From Myxococcota bacterium (lineage in GTDB: Bacteria; Myxococcota_A; UBA9160; SZUA-336), in assembly GCA_965247115.1 (NCBI GenBank), contig CBDFGR010000002.1, positions 416,001-480,000 of the forward strand: a DNA stretch of 64,000 nt. Reading direction: 5' to 3'. The position numbers were made by a program, and so were the translations under genes. This document shows positions 1 through 9,020 of this stretch, in pieces. The notes beneath the pieces were generated by a model. The model searched no databases. It saw only the letters and a list, made by a program, of their open reading frames with translations, and was not told the DNA's origin. The number at the start of each line of letters is the position of its first letter. Position 1 is the first letter of the stretch.

Positions 1-1
1 T

Positions 2-64
2 CTGTACGACTGGATCTTCGTCTGGATTGGCTACTTTGTGTTCGACTACGTCTTGGAGGACTGA
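2..64 (+). CDS. ccmB: 3' end of heme exporter protein B (partial)
   Basis: Reads LYDWIFVWIGYFVFDYVLED*, a hydrophobic C-terminus typical of CcmB, directly upstream of ccmC. Confidence 0.6.
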   Translation: MYDWIFVWIGYFVFDYVLED

Positions 65-67
65 CTG

Positions 68-838
68 GTGGAGACCGAGCTCCTCCCCCTGCTGAGAAAC
101 GTGATCCTGGGAATCGCCGGTGTCGGCCTGATCGCCTGGTTCGCGAGCGACGAGGAGCGCGCGATCCGCTCCACCCGAATCACGGGGCCGGTGGCCCTGC
201 TGCTCGGCATCGTGTGGTTGGGGATGGTCGCGTTCTACGCACCGCTCGAGAAGGTCCAGGGAGTCGTGCAGAAGATCGTCTACGTCCACGCGCCCTGCGC
301 CCCTGCGGCCTACCTGGGCTTCATCCTCACCGCGGTTGGAGGCGTCGGCTACCTCCGCACCCACAAGCAGAGCTGGGATCGCTTCGCGCTGTGCTCGGCT
401 GAAGTGGGCGTCCTGTTCTGCACCTTGATCCTGCTCTCGGGCCCGATCTGGGCAAAGCCGATCTGGGGCCACTGGTGGGTCTGGGATCTCCGGCTGACCT
501 CGATCCTGGTGCTCTGGTTCGTGTACGTGGCCTACCTGTTCCTCCGGGGTCTGGCTTACGGCAGCGACAGCGCTCGCACGTTTGCCTCGGTCTACGGAAT
601 CGTCGGGACGGCCGGGATTCCATTCGTCTACTACGCGGTCGACATCGCGCAAGGCAGCACCTTGCACCCCGAGAATCCAGCGCGCAGCCAGCTCCCAACC
701 GAGATGGTCTTGACGATCGCTGTGGCCATGTTGACCTTCCTCGTCTTTTACCTCTACCTGACCGCGCAGAGGCTCGAGATCGCATGCGTCGAGGAGCAAG
801 TCCGCTCTCGCGCGACACAGCTTACTGGACAAGTGTGA
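68..838 (+). CDS. ccmC: Cytochrome c biogenesis heme exporter CcmC
   Basis: WWD motif WAKPIWGHWWVWDLRLTS, conserved His in YVHAP and TLHP, multiple TM segments. Confidence 0.92.
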   Translation: METELLPLLRNVILGIAGVGLIAWFASDEERAIRSTRITGPVALLLGIVWLGMVAFYAPLEKVQGVVQKIVYVHAPCAPAAYLGFILTAVGGVGYLRTHKQSWDRFALCSAEVGVLFCTLILLSGPIWAKPIWGHWWVWDLRLTSILVLWFVYVAYLFLRGLAYGSDSARTFASVYGIVGTAGIPFVYYAVDIAQGSTLHPENPARSQLPTEMVLTIAVAMLTFLVFYLYLTAQRLEIACVEEQVRSRATQLTGQV

Positions 839-954
839 TGGGTTACGTGATCGCTGCATACGTCGTCGTGCTGGTCCCGCTGATGGCCTACGCCATCCAC
901 CTGAGAGCTCGGCGCCGCGCGCTGCTCCAGGAGCTGGAGAGCGTCGAGAGATAG
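838..954 (+). CDS. ccmD: CcmD-like small membrane protein (38 aa)
   Basis: ATG overlaps the ccmC stop (TGATG); MGYVIAAYVVVLVPLMAYAIHLRARRRALLQELESVER is one TM helix plus a charged tail. Confidence 0.7.
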   Translation: MGYVIAAYVVVLVPLMAYAIHLRARRRALLQELESVER

Positions 955-978
955 TCACAGGCTGTCCACTCGCCTGAC

Positions 979-1008
979 TTGACAACGCCGGCAAGTTCGA
1001 GTTACACC
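979..1008 (+). promoter_or_regulatory. Putative sigma70 promoter
   Basis: Perfect TTGACA at 979-984; weak -10 (TTACAC/TACACC) 17-18 nt downstream. Confidence 0.4.
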
Positions 1009-1011
1009 CGC

Positions 1012-1482
1012 AGGGGTTGTCGCGGCTTCGTCCCCGACGCATTCCCTCCACTCAGGTCAGGCCCCCCAGTCTCCCAGCTCGCTGAACTCTGGTCAGGGCA
1101 AGACCTCGACGGAGGCGTCGGAGCCGAAGTGGGGGATTGACCTCCATTTCACGGTGGGACGCGACTCACCCGGTTCGGGGCGACGGGTGTCAGAAACGTG
1201 CAACAGGGCGGCAGGCGGCAGTCCCAAGAGGGCCAAGCAAGATCGTGTAGGGGCGGTGCAGACCGCACTGGCACGGATGTTGGATGCTCTCTTGACGGCT
1301 GCGGGCGCACCGGAGGCCGACGGGGGTGACAGCGCGTGAGGCTGCTCGACCTCGTCTGGTTCGGATGGCGAGGATTGACGGGGAAGACCCCGAAAGCCGT
1401 CCCATCCATCCACCGAAATCCCCGAGGCGGACGTAGGAAGATCGAGGCAGCAGGACGGAAGTCCACTGGGAGGTCGAGCGAG
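1012..1482 (+). ncRNA. Candidate large structured RNA or 5' leader
   Basis: Nested helices: 1054-1068/1130-1143, 1155-1160/1221-1226, 1167-1172/1184-1189, 1227-1233/1286-1292, 1253-1266, 1344-1353/1470-1479, and GGAC-GGAA-GTCC at 1453-1464; no convincing ORF. Confidence 0.55.
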
Positions 1483-1980
1483 ATGGCGAGAATGAAGCGC
1501 GGAGTCGGCTACTGCGAGAACACCGACTGTGAGGATTACGCCAAGGGCGTCTTCCTTCTCAATCACGGCGACACCTTCTACTGCCCGCGCTGCCGACAGC
1601 TCGGCAAGGTCGAGAAGGAGCGAGGCTTTTACACCGGGAACTCGGACATCTTCAAAGAGGTCCGCGTCGAGTACAACTTCGACCCGATCCATGGCATCTA
1701 CCGTGAGATCGCGATCGTGCGCGATGAGAGCCTGTGGGGCCGCAACAACGTCTATACGCTCCAGAGTCCGCTGATCAAGACGGAGAAGCGAGCGCTCAAG
1801 GTGGCAGAGGCAATCCTCGCGAACCTGAACCGCTACCGGGGCCTGCTCTCCGGCGACGACATCCCGCGCACCACCGAGATCATCCTGTCTTTCGACGACG
1901 ACTTCGACGAGTTCAGCCGGAGGCTTAAGCAATTGTCGAAGGAGTGGGAAGCTAGCGGGCTGCGGGAGATCGGGCGGTAG
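1483..1980 (+). CDS. Hypothetical protein with N-terminal Cys4 zinc-ribbon-like motif
   Basis: MARMKRGVGYCENTDC...FYCPRC; strong GC3 codon bias; GGGAGG SD at 1468-1473. Confidence 0.8.
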   Translation: MARMKRGVGYCENTDCEDYAKGVFLLNHGDTFYCPRCRQLGKVEKERGFYTGNSDIFKEVRVEYNFDPIHGIYREIAIVRDESLWGRNNVYTLQSPLIKTEKRALKVAEAILANLNRYRGLLSGDDIPRTTEIILSFDDDFDEFSRRLKQLSKEWEASGLREIGR

Positions 1981-1998
1981 GCGTAGGACGGGAGGCCA

Positions 1999-2115
1999 TC
2001 GGAGGCCGGGAGACCCTCCTCCTGGCGGACTCCGCTCCTTGCGTGTTCAGGCGCATTGGCTCGCTTCGGGTACCGCTACCACAGTCCGCCAGGAGGAGGG
2101 TCTCCCGACCTCCGA
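1999..2115. repeat. 33-bp inverted repeat (long hairpin) between convergent genes
   Basis: 1999-2031 is the reverse complement of 2083-2115 with one mismatch. Confidence 0.9.
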
Positions 2116-2146
2116 CTCCCTGCCCTGCGTGGCGTGGAGGCACCCG

Positions 2147-2239
2147 GCAAGCGCCGCGGGAGGCGGCGCGCGCAGCGAAGGGCGCAGCCCTGAGCGAAGG
2201 TGGGTGGCCGCGGCCGCCCGCGGCCGGGTCCCACAAGAC
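2147..2239 (-). repeat. ~93 bp REP-like dispersed repeat, copy A
   Basis: Reverse complement of the consensus GTCTTGTGGGACCCGGCCGCGGGCGGCCGCGGCCACCCACCTTCGCTCAGG...CGCTTGC. Confidence 0.9.
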
Positions 2240-3144
2240 TAGTAGATGATTTTGTTGATGGAGAACTCGACGATGCCGCTGGCACCGGCGTCGAAGAGGT
2301 CGGGGATGAGCTCGCGGACGACGGCTTCTTCGATGATGGTGTTGATGGCTACCATCTTGCCGTCTGCAAGGGAGGAGATGGTCGGGGAGGCGAGTGCGGG
2401 GAGGAGCTCGACGACCTTGGAGAGCTGCTCCTTCGGGCAGTTGAGCATCAGGCCCACCTTGCCGCCCGCGTTGATGGCGCCGTTCAGCATGAGGGCGAGA
2501 CGTTCGAGCTTGCGTTTCTTCCAGGGGTCCTGGCTAGCGGCTTTGTTCGCGATCAGCCGCGGGGTGCTCTCCATGACCGTTGCGACGACCCGCAGCTCGT
2601 TCGCGCGCAGCGAGGAGCCCGTCTCCGTTACCTCGACAATGGCGTCGGCGAGCAGGGGCGGCTTGACCTCCGTCGCGCCCCAGGAGAACTCCACCCGGGC
2701 CTTCACGCCCTGCTTCTTCAGCCATGCGCGGACCAGGCCCACGCCTTCGGTCGCGATCAGCTTGCCCTCGATGTCGGCGACTCTCCGGATGTCCGAGTCC
2801 TCGGGAACGGCGAGCACCCAGCGCGTTGGTCGAAAGCTCTGCTTCGAGTACTCGAGGTCGGCCAGCTCGTTCACCTTGGCACGGTTCTCGACAATCCAGT
2901 CGTAGCCCGTGATTCCGGCATCCAACGCTCCAGCCTCGACGTACCGCGCGATCTCTTGCGCGCGAATCAGTACGCACTCGATCTCGGGGTCGTCGATGCT
3001 CGGATAGAGCGAGCGCTCCGGGAAGGACACACGATAGCCAGCGCGCTCGAACAGGCTGGCCGTGTTGTCCTGCAGCGATCCCTTGGGAAAGCCGAAACGG
3101 AGCACCTGCGTGCCATCTTTTGAGCGACGCGCACCGAGAGCCAT
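2239..3144 (-). CDS. hisG: ATP phosphoribosyltransferase (long form)
   Basis: [17 protein letters not shown] and [11 protein letters not shown] motifs plus C-terminal regulatory domain (SPTIS). Confidence 0.95.
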   Translation of the reverse strand: MALGARRSKDGTQVLRFGFPKGSLQDNTASLFERAGYRVSFPERSLYPSIDDPEIECVLIRAQEIARYVEAGALDAGITGYDWIVENRAKVNELADLEYSKQSFRPTRWVLAVPEDSDIRRVADIEGKLIATEGVGLVRAWLKKQGVKARVEFSWGATEVKPPLLADAIVEVTETGSSLRANELRVVATVMESTPRLIANKAASQDPWKKRKLERLALMLNGAINAGGKVGLMLNCPKEQLSKVVELLPALASPTISSLADGKMVAINTIIEEAVVRELIPDLFDAGASGIVEFSINKIIY

Positions 3145-3156
3145 GGCGCTCCGAGG

Positions 3157-5793
3157 TTAAGGAGTCTGGAGGGCTCGCGCCAACCGCAGCTGGCGTTGGG
3201 GCAGCTCGTCCCAGCGCTCTCCTGGTCGGAACTTCGCCTCCCGCCGAGTCGGCGAGCCATCACTGCTCAGGACCGATTCTTTGACGAGCAACGTGAGAGC
3301 GTTGCTCGCTGTCACCGGCGAGATGGCCTCGGGGAAGCGGGCCTCTCCGAGCGCGAGATACTCTGCTTGGATCAACTCGGCCGCGGAGAGCAACGCATCG
3401 CCCTGCCCCTCGCCGCTCGCAGCAGCTACGGCCGTGAATAGCGCGTTGTAACACTCGAGGAGAGGAGCGAGCTGCGCGCGCAGGAACTCGATCCAGCCCG
3501 CGCCCTCGAGGCTCTGCTCGAGGCAGCCGTCCTCGCGCTCGCGAAGCCAGCCGCGCTCGAGCATGTGATCGACGATCTGCTCCAGACGCTGCGTGCGCCG
3601 CTCCCCTTCCAACGGAAAGAACTCGAAGCGCAGCAGCTCGAGCCAACCAGACGCGGTCTCGACGACCTCGCAGCGCTGGCGCGGCTCGCGCAGCGCATGC
3701 GCCACGGCCCCAGGCCAGGCAAGAGACGAGAGGATCGTAGAGCGATAGTAGTCGAGCGATCCACGCCCCCCCTCGCAGATGGTTAGCACCGTGCCACCTC
3801 GCGAGGGCGTGCGCGAGACCAGGCCGCTCTTGAGCAGGAGGTCCACAGTCGCCTCGGGCTGCCCCCGGGTCATACACTGTTCAAAGGGCAGCGTACGCGG
3901 CACCTCGAGTAGGCGGAGAAACGCGTCGATCTCGCACACGCGCTCCACGAAGTCCGCCTCGCGCACGGCCTGAACTGAACTCCCGAGCAGTGAGACCGCA
4001 GCCACGGAAGTCCGACTCGCAGTGATCAGCTCGTTGATTCGGCGCGATATCTCGATCCCCAGGCGTTCGGTGGCCACACGCAGCTCGGGCGCCTTGTCTT
4101 CGGAAGAGTCGGTCTCGTAGCGGGAGACGTACTGCGACACCGGCAGCGGCTCGCCGAAGCGAACGATCACGCTGCCAAAGCGGTTGCGGAGCACACTCCG
4201 GGCCTGGAAAAGCTGCAGCAGGTTCTCCCCGCGCTTCGATTTGCCGTCACGCTCCTCGCTCATGCTGCGTTCTTCGACGAGGCGTTCGTACGTGAAGCCG
4301 ACCGGCACCAGGTAGAGCTCCCGGCGCGCGCCTCGGGCGTAGGCCTCCAGTGTCATCCCGAGCATGCCGAGCCGCGGCTGCAGCGTCTTGCCAGTGCGCG
4401 AGCGGGTCCCCTCGATGAAGAACTCCTGGCTCGCCCCATCCTTGATCAGGAGCTGCACGTAGCTGCGAAACACGGCGGCGTAGACCTGGTCGCCCTCGAA
4501 GCTTCTGCGCAGAAAGAAGGCCCCGGCGCGCCGGAAGATCGACCCGAGCGGAAAGAAGGCCAGGTTGATACCCGCCGCCACGTGTGGCGGCACCAGATGG
4601 TGTTGATAGAAGAGCCACGAGAGGATCATGTAGTCGAAGTGGCTCCGGTGGCTTGGAACGAGAACGAGCGGGTGGAGCTTGGCGGCTTCGACAATGCGCT
4701 CGATGTCGTGAACGACGAAGCGTTCGAACACGCGCCGGAAGATTGCCCCCACGACTACACTCAGGACCGCGAGCATGGTCGGGCTCTGGTTGGCAGCAAT
4801 TTCGCGCAGGTAGCGCCGGGCGCGTGTCTCGGCACCGAGCATGCCGCCAGAGCCCGTGGCGTCCGCCTCCGCAACGGCCCGGCGCACGGCGGGATTCCCC
4901 ATGACCGCGTCGTGAATGCGCTGGAAGCTACGCAGGGCAGCCCCGAGGATCGGCTTCTCCTCGCGGCGCAGGAAGATCAAGAGCGAGCGCCGCACCTGCA
5001 CGATCACGCGGTCGCGCCCGTCGGCCCGGTGCTCGTCGACGAACGCTCCCAGGTCGATCGCAGAGCCGACCCGCACCGCCAGGTTGCGATAGTTCCAGAG
5101 GAAGGAGATCAGCTTGCCGAGGTCGGTCGGCCGCTCGGGCCCGCCGTAGAAGAGGTTTAGGAAGGGTCGCTGGGGGCGAGCCCCCTTGCGCCAAAACAGG
5201 GTCAGCGGGACCAGCGAGATGCAGCCAGGGTGAACGAAGCGCGTGTCGATGATCTCGCGCAGGTAGTCGAGCTCGGAGCGCCCGGCCACCACGGCCTTGG
5301 CGCGACGCCGCAGCCGCGATCCCATCTTGTCGCTGCGCAAGAACAGAAACGCCTTCCCGCCCTCGCCTACCAGGTGCCGCAGGTGAAGGAGCTCGGTGTT
5401 GCGCCGACCACGCTTCCCGAGCCGCAGTCGATCCGTGATGCTCCGAAACAGCAGCGGGACCGCCTCGGAGAGCGGCCGGTAGTAAAAGAAGCGAATGCCG
5501 TTCGCGAAGGCGGACAGCTCGAGCCCGGCAGCGATAAAGAGCCAGTTGAACAGGAAGTAGTCGAGGCGCGAGCTGTAGCGCATGACGTAGACAACGCTGC
5601 CCCGCTCGCCGAGCTCTCGAAGCTGCTCCGCGTCGGCGCTGGAGAAGCGGAAGCCCGCAAAGAAGCGCCGCGCGAACAGGCTCGCGAGCCAGCCGAAGTG
5701 CGACGTCATCGCCGTCACTCCATCGGCCGTCCGCGCCCCCCCGAGCTCCGGGTCGGTCTTCTGTACCGGGGTCAGAACCTCCGCTTCAGCCAC
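3157..5793 (-). CDS. plsB: Glycerol-3-phosphate acyltransferase
   Basis: HRSHFD (HxxxxD), GAFFLRR and FIEGTRSRTGK acyltransferase motifs; 878 aa. Confidence 0.88.
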   Translation of the reverse strand: MAEAEVLTPVQKTDPELGGARTADGVTAMTSHFGWLASLFARRFFAGFRFSSADAEQLRELGERGSVVYVMRYSSRLDYFLFNWLFIAAGLELSAFANGIRFFYYRPLSEAVPLLFRSITDRLRLGKRGRRNTELLHLRHLVGEGGKAFLFLRSDKMGSRLRRRAKAVVAGRSELDYLREIIDTRFVHPGCISLVPLTLFWRKGARPQRPFLNLFYGGPERPTDLGKLISFLWNYRNLAVRVGSAIDLGAFVDEHRADGRDRVIVQVRRSLLIFLRREEKPILGAALRSFQRIHDAVMGNPAVRRAVAEADATGSGGMLGAETRARRYLREIAANQSPTMLAVLSVVVGAIFRRVFERFVVHDIERIVEAAKLHPLVLVPSHRSHFDYMILSWLFYQHHLVPPHVAAGINLAFFPLGSIFRRAGAFFLRRSFEGDQVYAAVFRSYVQLLIKDGASQEFFIEGTRSRTGKTLQPRLGMLGMTLEAYARGARRELYLVPVGFTYERLVEERSMSEERDGKSKRGENLLQLFQARSVLRNRFGSVIVRFGEPLPVSQYVSRYETDSSEDKAPELRVATERLGIEISRRINELITASRTSVAAVSLLGSSVQAVREADFVERVCEIDAFLRLLEVPRTLPFEQCMTRGQPEATVDLLLKSGLVSRTPSRGGTVLTICEGGRGSLDYYRSTILSSLAWPGAVAHALREPRQRCEVVETASGWLELLRFEFFPLEGERRTQRLEQIVDHMLERGWLREREDGCLEQSLEGAGWIEFLRAQLAPLLECYNALFTAVAAASGEGQGDALLSAAELIQAEYLALGEARFPEAISPVTASNALTLLVKESVLSSDGSPTRREAKFRPGERWDELPQRQLRLARALQTP

Positions 5794-5829
5794 AGAGAGG
5801 AGTGAAGCAGGGAATCACCCGGTTGGCTA

Positions 5830-6038
5830 GTCCCGTGGGACCCGGCCGCGGGCGGCCGCGGCCACCCACCTTCGCTCAGGCCGAGGGCCTTCGCTGCGCG
5901 CGCCGCGTTCCGCGGCGCTTGCGTTGTGGGACTCGGGCGCGGGCGGCTTGTGGGACCCGGCCACGGGCGGCCGCGGCCACCCACCTTCGCTCAGGCCGGA
6001 GGCCCTTCGCTGCGCGCGACGCGTTCGGCGGCGCTTGC
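5830..6038 (+). repeat. REP-like repeat copies B (5830-5922) and C (5945-6038) with a partial copy between
   Basis: Two tandem full copies of the consensus plus a TTGTGGGACTCGG fragment. Confidence 0.9.
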
Positions 6039-6071
6039 GGGTGGCTGGACGAGCGCCGGGGGCGAGGTTTG

Positions 6072-6938
6072 CTAGACGAATCGGAAGTTCTGGTCGGGGA
6101 GGAAGATGGAGTCTTCGTTGGCGGCGATGTCTTGGGGGGTCACGCCGGACTCGGAGGTGAAGCCGTCGGAGCCGACGACTTTGAGCTCCGCGACCCGGTT
6201 GCCTGCGGCGAACAGGAACTTGCCCGTCTTGTCCTTCGACAGGTCGCTCACCATGTAGAGCACGGCGGGCGAGACCCGCGCGGGATCGAAGCGCTCCTCT
6301 GCCTGTTCGCTGTCCATGCCGGGCAGGTCGTTTGTCATGCGGGTCACGGCCATCGGAACCAGACCCCAGACGCGGATGTTGTACTTCTTGCCCTCGAGCG
6401 CGAGGCAACGCGTAAAGCCAGCGATGCCCGCCTTGGCGGCGCCGTAGTTGCACTGACCGAAGTTCCCGATCAGACCGGACGTGGAGGAGGTGTTCACGAT
6501 GACACCGCCTTCCCCACGCTCCTTCATGTGAGTGTAGACCGGGCGCGTCACGCAGTAGGTGCCCTTGAGGTGGACGTCGATCACCGTGTCCCAGGTCTCT
6601 TCGTCGATGTTGGCCATCGTCTTGTCGCGCAGGATGCCGGCATTGTTGATGAGAATGTCGACCCGACCAAAGGTACTGACCGCGGTGCGGAGAATGTTCT
6701 CCCCGCCCTCCACCGTCGAGACCGAGTCGTAGCTGGCCGCCGCTTCGCCGCCGGCGCCTCGAATCTCCTCGACGACGGTGTCGGCCATGGCAGCACCGGA
6801 GCCGGCGCCGTCACGGGTGCCGCCGAGATCGTTGACTACGACCGAGGCTCCTTCGCTCGCGAGTAGCAGCGCGTGCTCGCAGCCGAGTCCGCCGCCCGCC
6901 CCAGTGACGATCGCCACTTTTCCGTCTACGAGTCCCAT
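6072..6938 (-). CDS. Short-chain dehydrogenase/reductase (hydroxyacyl-CoA dehydrogenase-like)
   Basis: TGAGGGLG, VVVNDLG, NNAGILRD and YGAAK motifs. Confidence 0.92.
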   Translation of the reverse strand: MGLVDGKVAIVTGAGGGLGCEHALLLASEGASVVVNDLGGTRDGAGSGAAMADTVVEEIRGAGGEAAASYDSVSTVEGGENILRTAVSTFGRVDILINNAGILRDKTMANIDEETWDTVIDVHLKGTYCVTRPVYTHMKERGEGGVIVNTSSTSGLIGNFGQCNYGAAKAGIAGFTRCLALEGKKYNIRVWGLVPMAVTRMTNDLPGMDSEQAEERFDPARVSPAVLYMVSDLSKDKTGKFLFAAGNRVAELKVVGSDGFTSESGVTPQDIAANEDSIFLPDQNFRFV

Positions 6939-6983
6939 CCTACGTCTCCTTGCGCCCAGCCCTCGGCGAAGGCGTCGCTGCAC

Positions 6984-7199
6984 TCATTCGAGAGTGACGA
7001 GCACCTCGCCCTCTTCCACGCTCTGGCCTTCCTCGACGCGAATCTCCGCGACTTTCCCCCCCGACGGCGCTTCGACGGGTAGCTCCATCTTCATCGACTC
7101 GATCACGACCAGCACGTCGCCGGCGCTGATCTCTGAACCCACCGCTGTCTCGATGCTGAAGACGGTGCCGGTAATGTGTGCCTCGACGTTCGTGGCCAA
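6984..7199 (-). CDS. Stand-alone biotin/lipoyl carrier protein
   Basis: ESMKM biotinylation motif; TTG start after GGAGG. Confidence 0.88.
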   Translation of the reverse strand: MATNVEAHITGTVFSIETAVGSEISAGDVLVVIESMKMELPVEAPSGGKVAEIRVEEGQSVEEGEVLVTLE

Positions 7200-7323
7200 T
7201 CTCAGACCTCCGCTTGTGCCCAACTCCACCAGTTAGGCGCCGCACACTTTCGCACACGCACCTCCCGACTGGCAATCGGCCCCGCCACGGTCCACCGAGC
7301 ATGCTGTGCTAGCTTGCGAGCGC

Positions 7324-8844
7324 ATGCTTGAGACCCTCAGCAAAGGATTCCGCAACGCCCGCGAGAAGTTCCAGGGAATCACCCGACTGAGCGAGGAGAA
7401 CATCGCGGACGCGCTGCGCGAGGTCCGTATCTCCTTGCTCGAGGCGGACGTCGACCTCGGCATTGTTCGAGACTTCCTGGAAAAGGTGAGTGAACGCTGC
7501 CTGGGGGAGAGCGTCAGGCTGCGGGCGGGCAAACGAGGCCGCCAGGCCCACATCACACCAGGAGACCACTTCACAAAGGCATGCTACGAGGAGCTCATTG
7601 CCCTGATGGGCGCCGAGGAGCCCATCGAGCCGGCTCCAACGCGCACGCGGGTCCTGATGATGGTCGGACTGCAGGGTACGGGCAAGACTACGACCTGCGC
7701 CAAGCTGGCCCTCCACCTGACGAACGCGGGCGAGGAGCCGCTGCTCGTCGGGGCGGACGTGCGAAGGCCGGCCGCCCGGGAGCAGCTCCGCGTGCTCGCG
7801 GAGCAGGTGGGCGTGGAGGTGTTCGCCCCGGAGGGCGAGGACGCGGCCGAGATCTGTGCCAGGGCGCTCGCCTACGCGCGCGAAAAGCGAAAGAACACCG
7901 TGATCCTCGACACGGCGGGGCGACTTCAGATCGACGCTGAGCTGATGGAGGAGCTCGGGCGAATCCACGCCCGCACTTCGCCGGAGCTCACGACGCTCGT
8001 GTGCGACTCGATGATGGGGCGCGAGGCCGTCAACGTCGCCAAGGGCTTCGCGGAGCGGCTCGAGCTGAACGGCCTGATCCTGACCAAGCTGGACGGCGAC
8101 TCGCGGGGGGGCGCAGCGCTCGCGATTCGCGCGGCCACCGGCATCCCGATTCGCTGCATCACGATGGGCGAAGGCAACGACCGACTCGAGACCTTCCGCC
8201 CGGAGGGGCTCGCCTCTCGCATCCTCGGCATGGGCGACGTCGTGGGTCTGATCCAGGACTTCGAGGAGGTTGTGGACGTCGAGGAGGCCGAGAAGGAAGC
8301 CGAGCGCATGCTGCGCGGGAACTTCAGCCTCGAGAGCTTCCTCAGCCAGCTCCGCATGCTGCAGAAGATGGGTCCGCTCAAGGAGCTCGTGGAGAAGATC
8401 CCGGGCATGAGCGACATGCTCCCCGAAGGTGCAAGCCTCGAGTCCGGTCAGCTGAAGAAGATCGAGGCCATGATCCTCTCGATGACGGCTCGGGAGCGCG
8501 TGCAACCCGAGATCCTCGATGCCTCCCGCCAGGAGCGCATCGCGCGCGGTTCGGGCACGCAGCGTCGCGACCTGGCGGACATGCTCGAGCGTTTCGGCGC
8601 CATGCGTACGCTCATGGGACAGATCGGCCAGTCCGGTCCCGGCATCCTTGGCAAGGTGCCGGGACTCGGCAAGATGTTCGGCGGTGGCACTCCCGGTATT
8701 CCCGGCGGACTCGACCCTGCGCAGCTGGGGCTCGCTGGCGCCCCCAACCGCCGGGCCGCACGGGCGCAAAAGGCCGACGACCGGCGTCAGAAGCGCAAGC
8801 AGATGCGCAAGCACAAGCGCCGAGGCAAGGGCAAGAAGCGGTGA
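7324..8844 (+). CDS. ffh: Signal recognition particle protein
   Basis: ALREVRISLLEADV, GLQGTGKTT, DTAGR, TKLDGD, SRILGMGD; M domain RIARGSG. Confidence 0.95.
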   Translation: MLETLSKGFRNAREKFQGITRLSEENIADALREVRISLLEADVDLGIVRDFLEKVSERCLGESVRLRAGKRGRQAHITPGDHFTKACYEELIALMGAEEPIEPAPTRTRVLMMVGLQGTGKTTTCAKLALHLTNAGEEPLLVGADVRRPAAREQLRVLAEQVGVEVFAPEGEDAAEICARALAYAREKRKNTVILDTAGRLQIDAELMEELGRIHARTSPELTTLVCDSMMGREAVNVAKGFAERLELNGLILTKLDGDSRGGAALAIRAATGIPIRCITMGEGNDRLETFRPEGLASRILGMGDVVGLIQDFEEVVDVEEAEKEAERMLRGNFSLESFLSQLRMLQKMGPLKELVEKIPGMSDMLPEGASLESGQLKKIEAMILSMTARERVQPEILDASRQERIARGSGTQRRDLADMLERFGAMRTLMGQIGQSGPGILGKVPGLGKMFGGGTPGIPGGLDPAQLGLAGAPNRRAARAQKADDRRQKRKQMRKHKRRGKGKKR

Positions 8845-8974
8845 GTCTTGTGGGACCCGGGCCGCGGAACGGCCGCGGACGGCCTTGTGGGACCCGGGCC
8901 GCGGGCGGCCGCGGCCCACCCACCTCCGCTCAGGGCTACGCCCTTCGCTGCGCGCGTCGCTTAGCGACGCTTGC
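8845..8974 (+). repeat. REP-like repeat: partial copy (8845-8880) and copy D (8882-8974)
   Basis: Matches the consensus; lies between convergent ffh and leuA. Confidence 0.9.
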
Positions 8975-9020
8975 AGGGTTCATGGTTCCGGCGGTTGTGT
9001 GATCTTTCCGGCGATTGTGG

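Noticed and set aside
1054..1146. tRNA or tmRNA gene
   Set aside because: No T-loop or D-loop consensus and wrong stem geometry
1440..1475. RNase P RNA or cobalamin riboswitch (GGAAGTCC, CCACTGGG)
   Set aside because: Only short partial matches; the other conserved blocks are absent
5802..6866. Long ORFs crossing the REP-like repeats (also 2200-3123, 45121-46629)
   Set aside because: Antisense shadows of real genes reading through GC-rich repeats; shared peptides such as GRGRPRPPT come from the DNA repeat
7309..8919. Long antisense and alternate-frame ORFs throughout the window
   Set aside because: Expected in high-GC DNA opposite well-supported genes; no motifs
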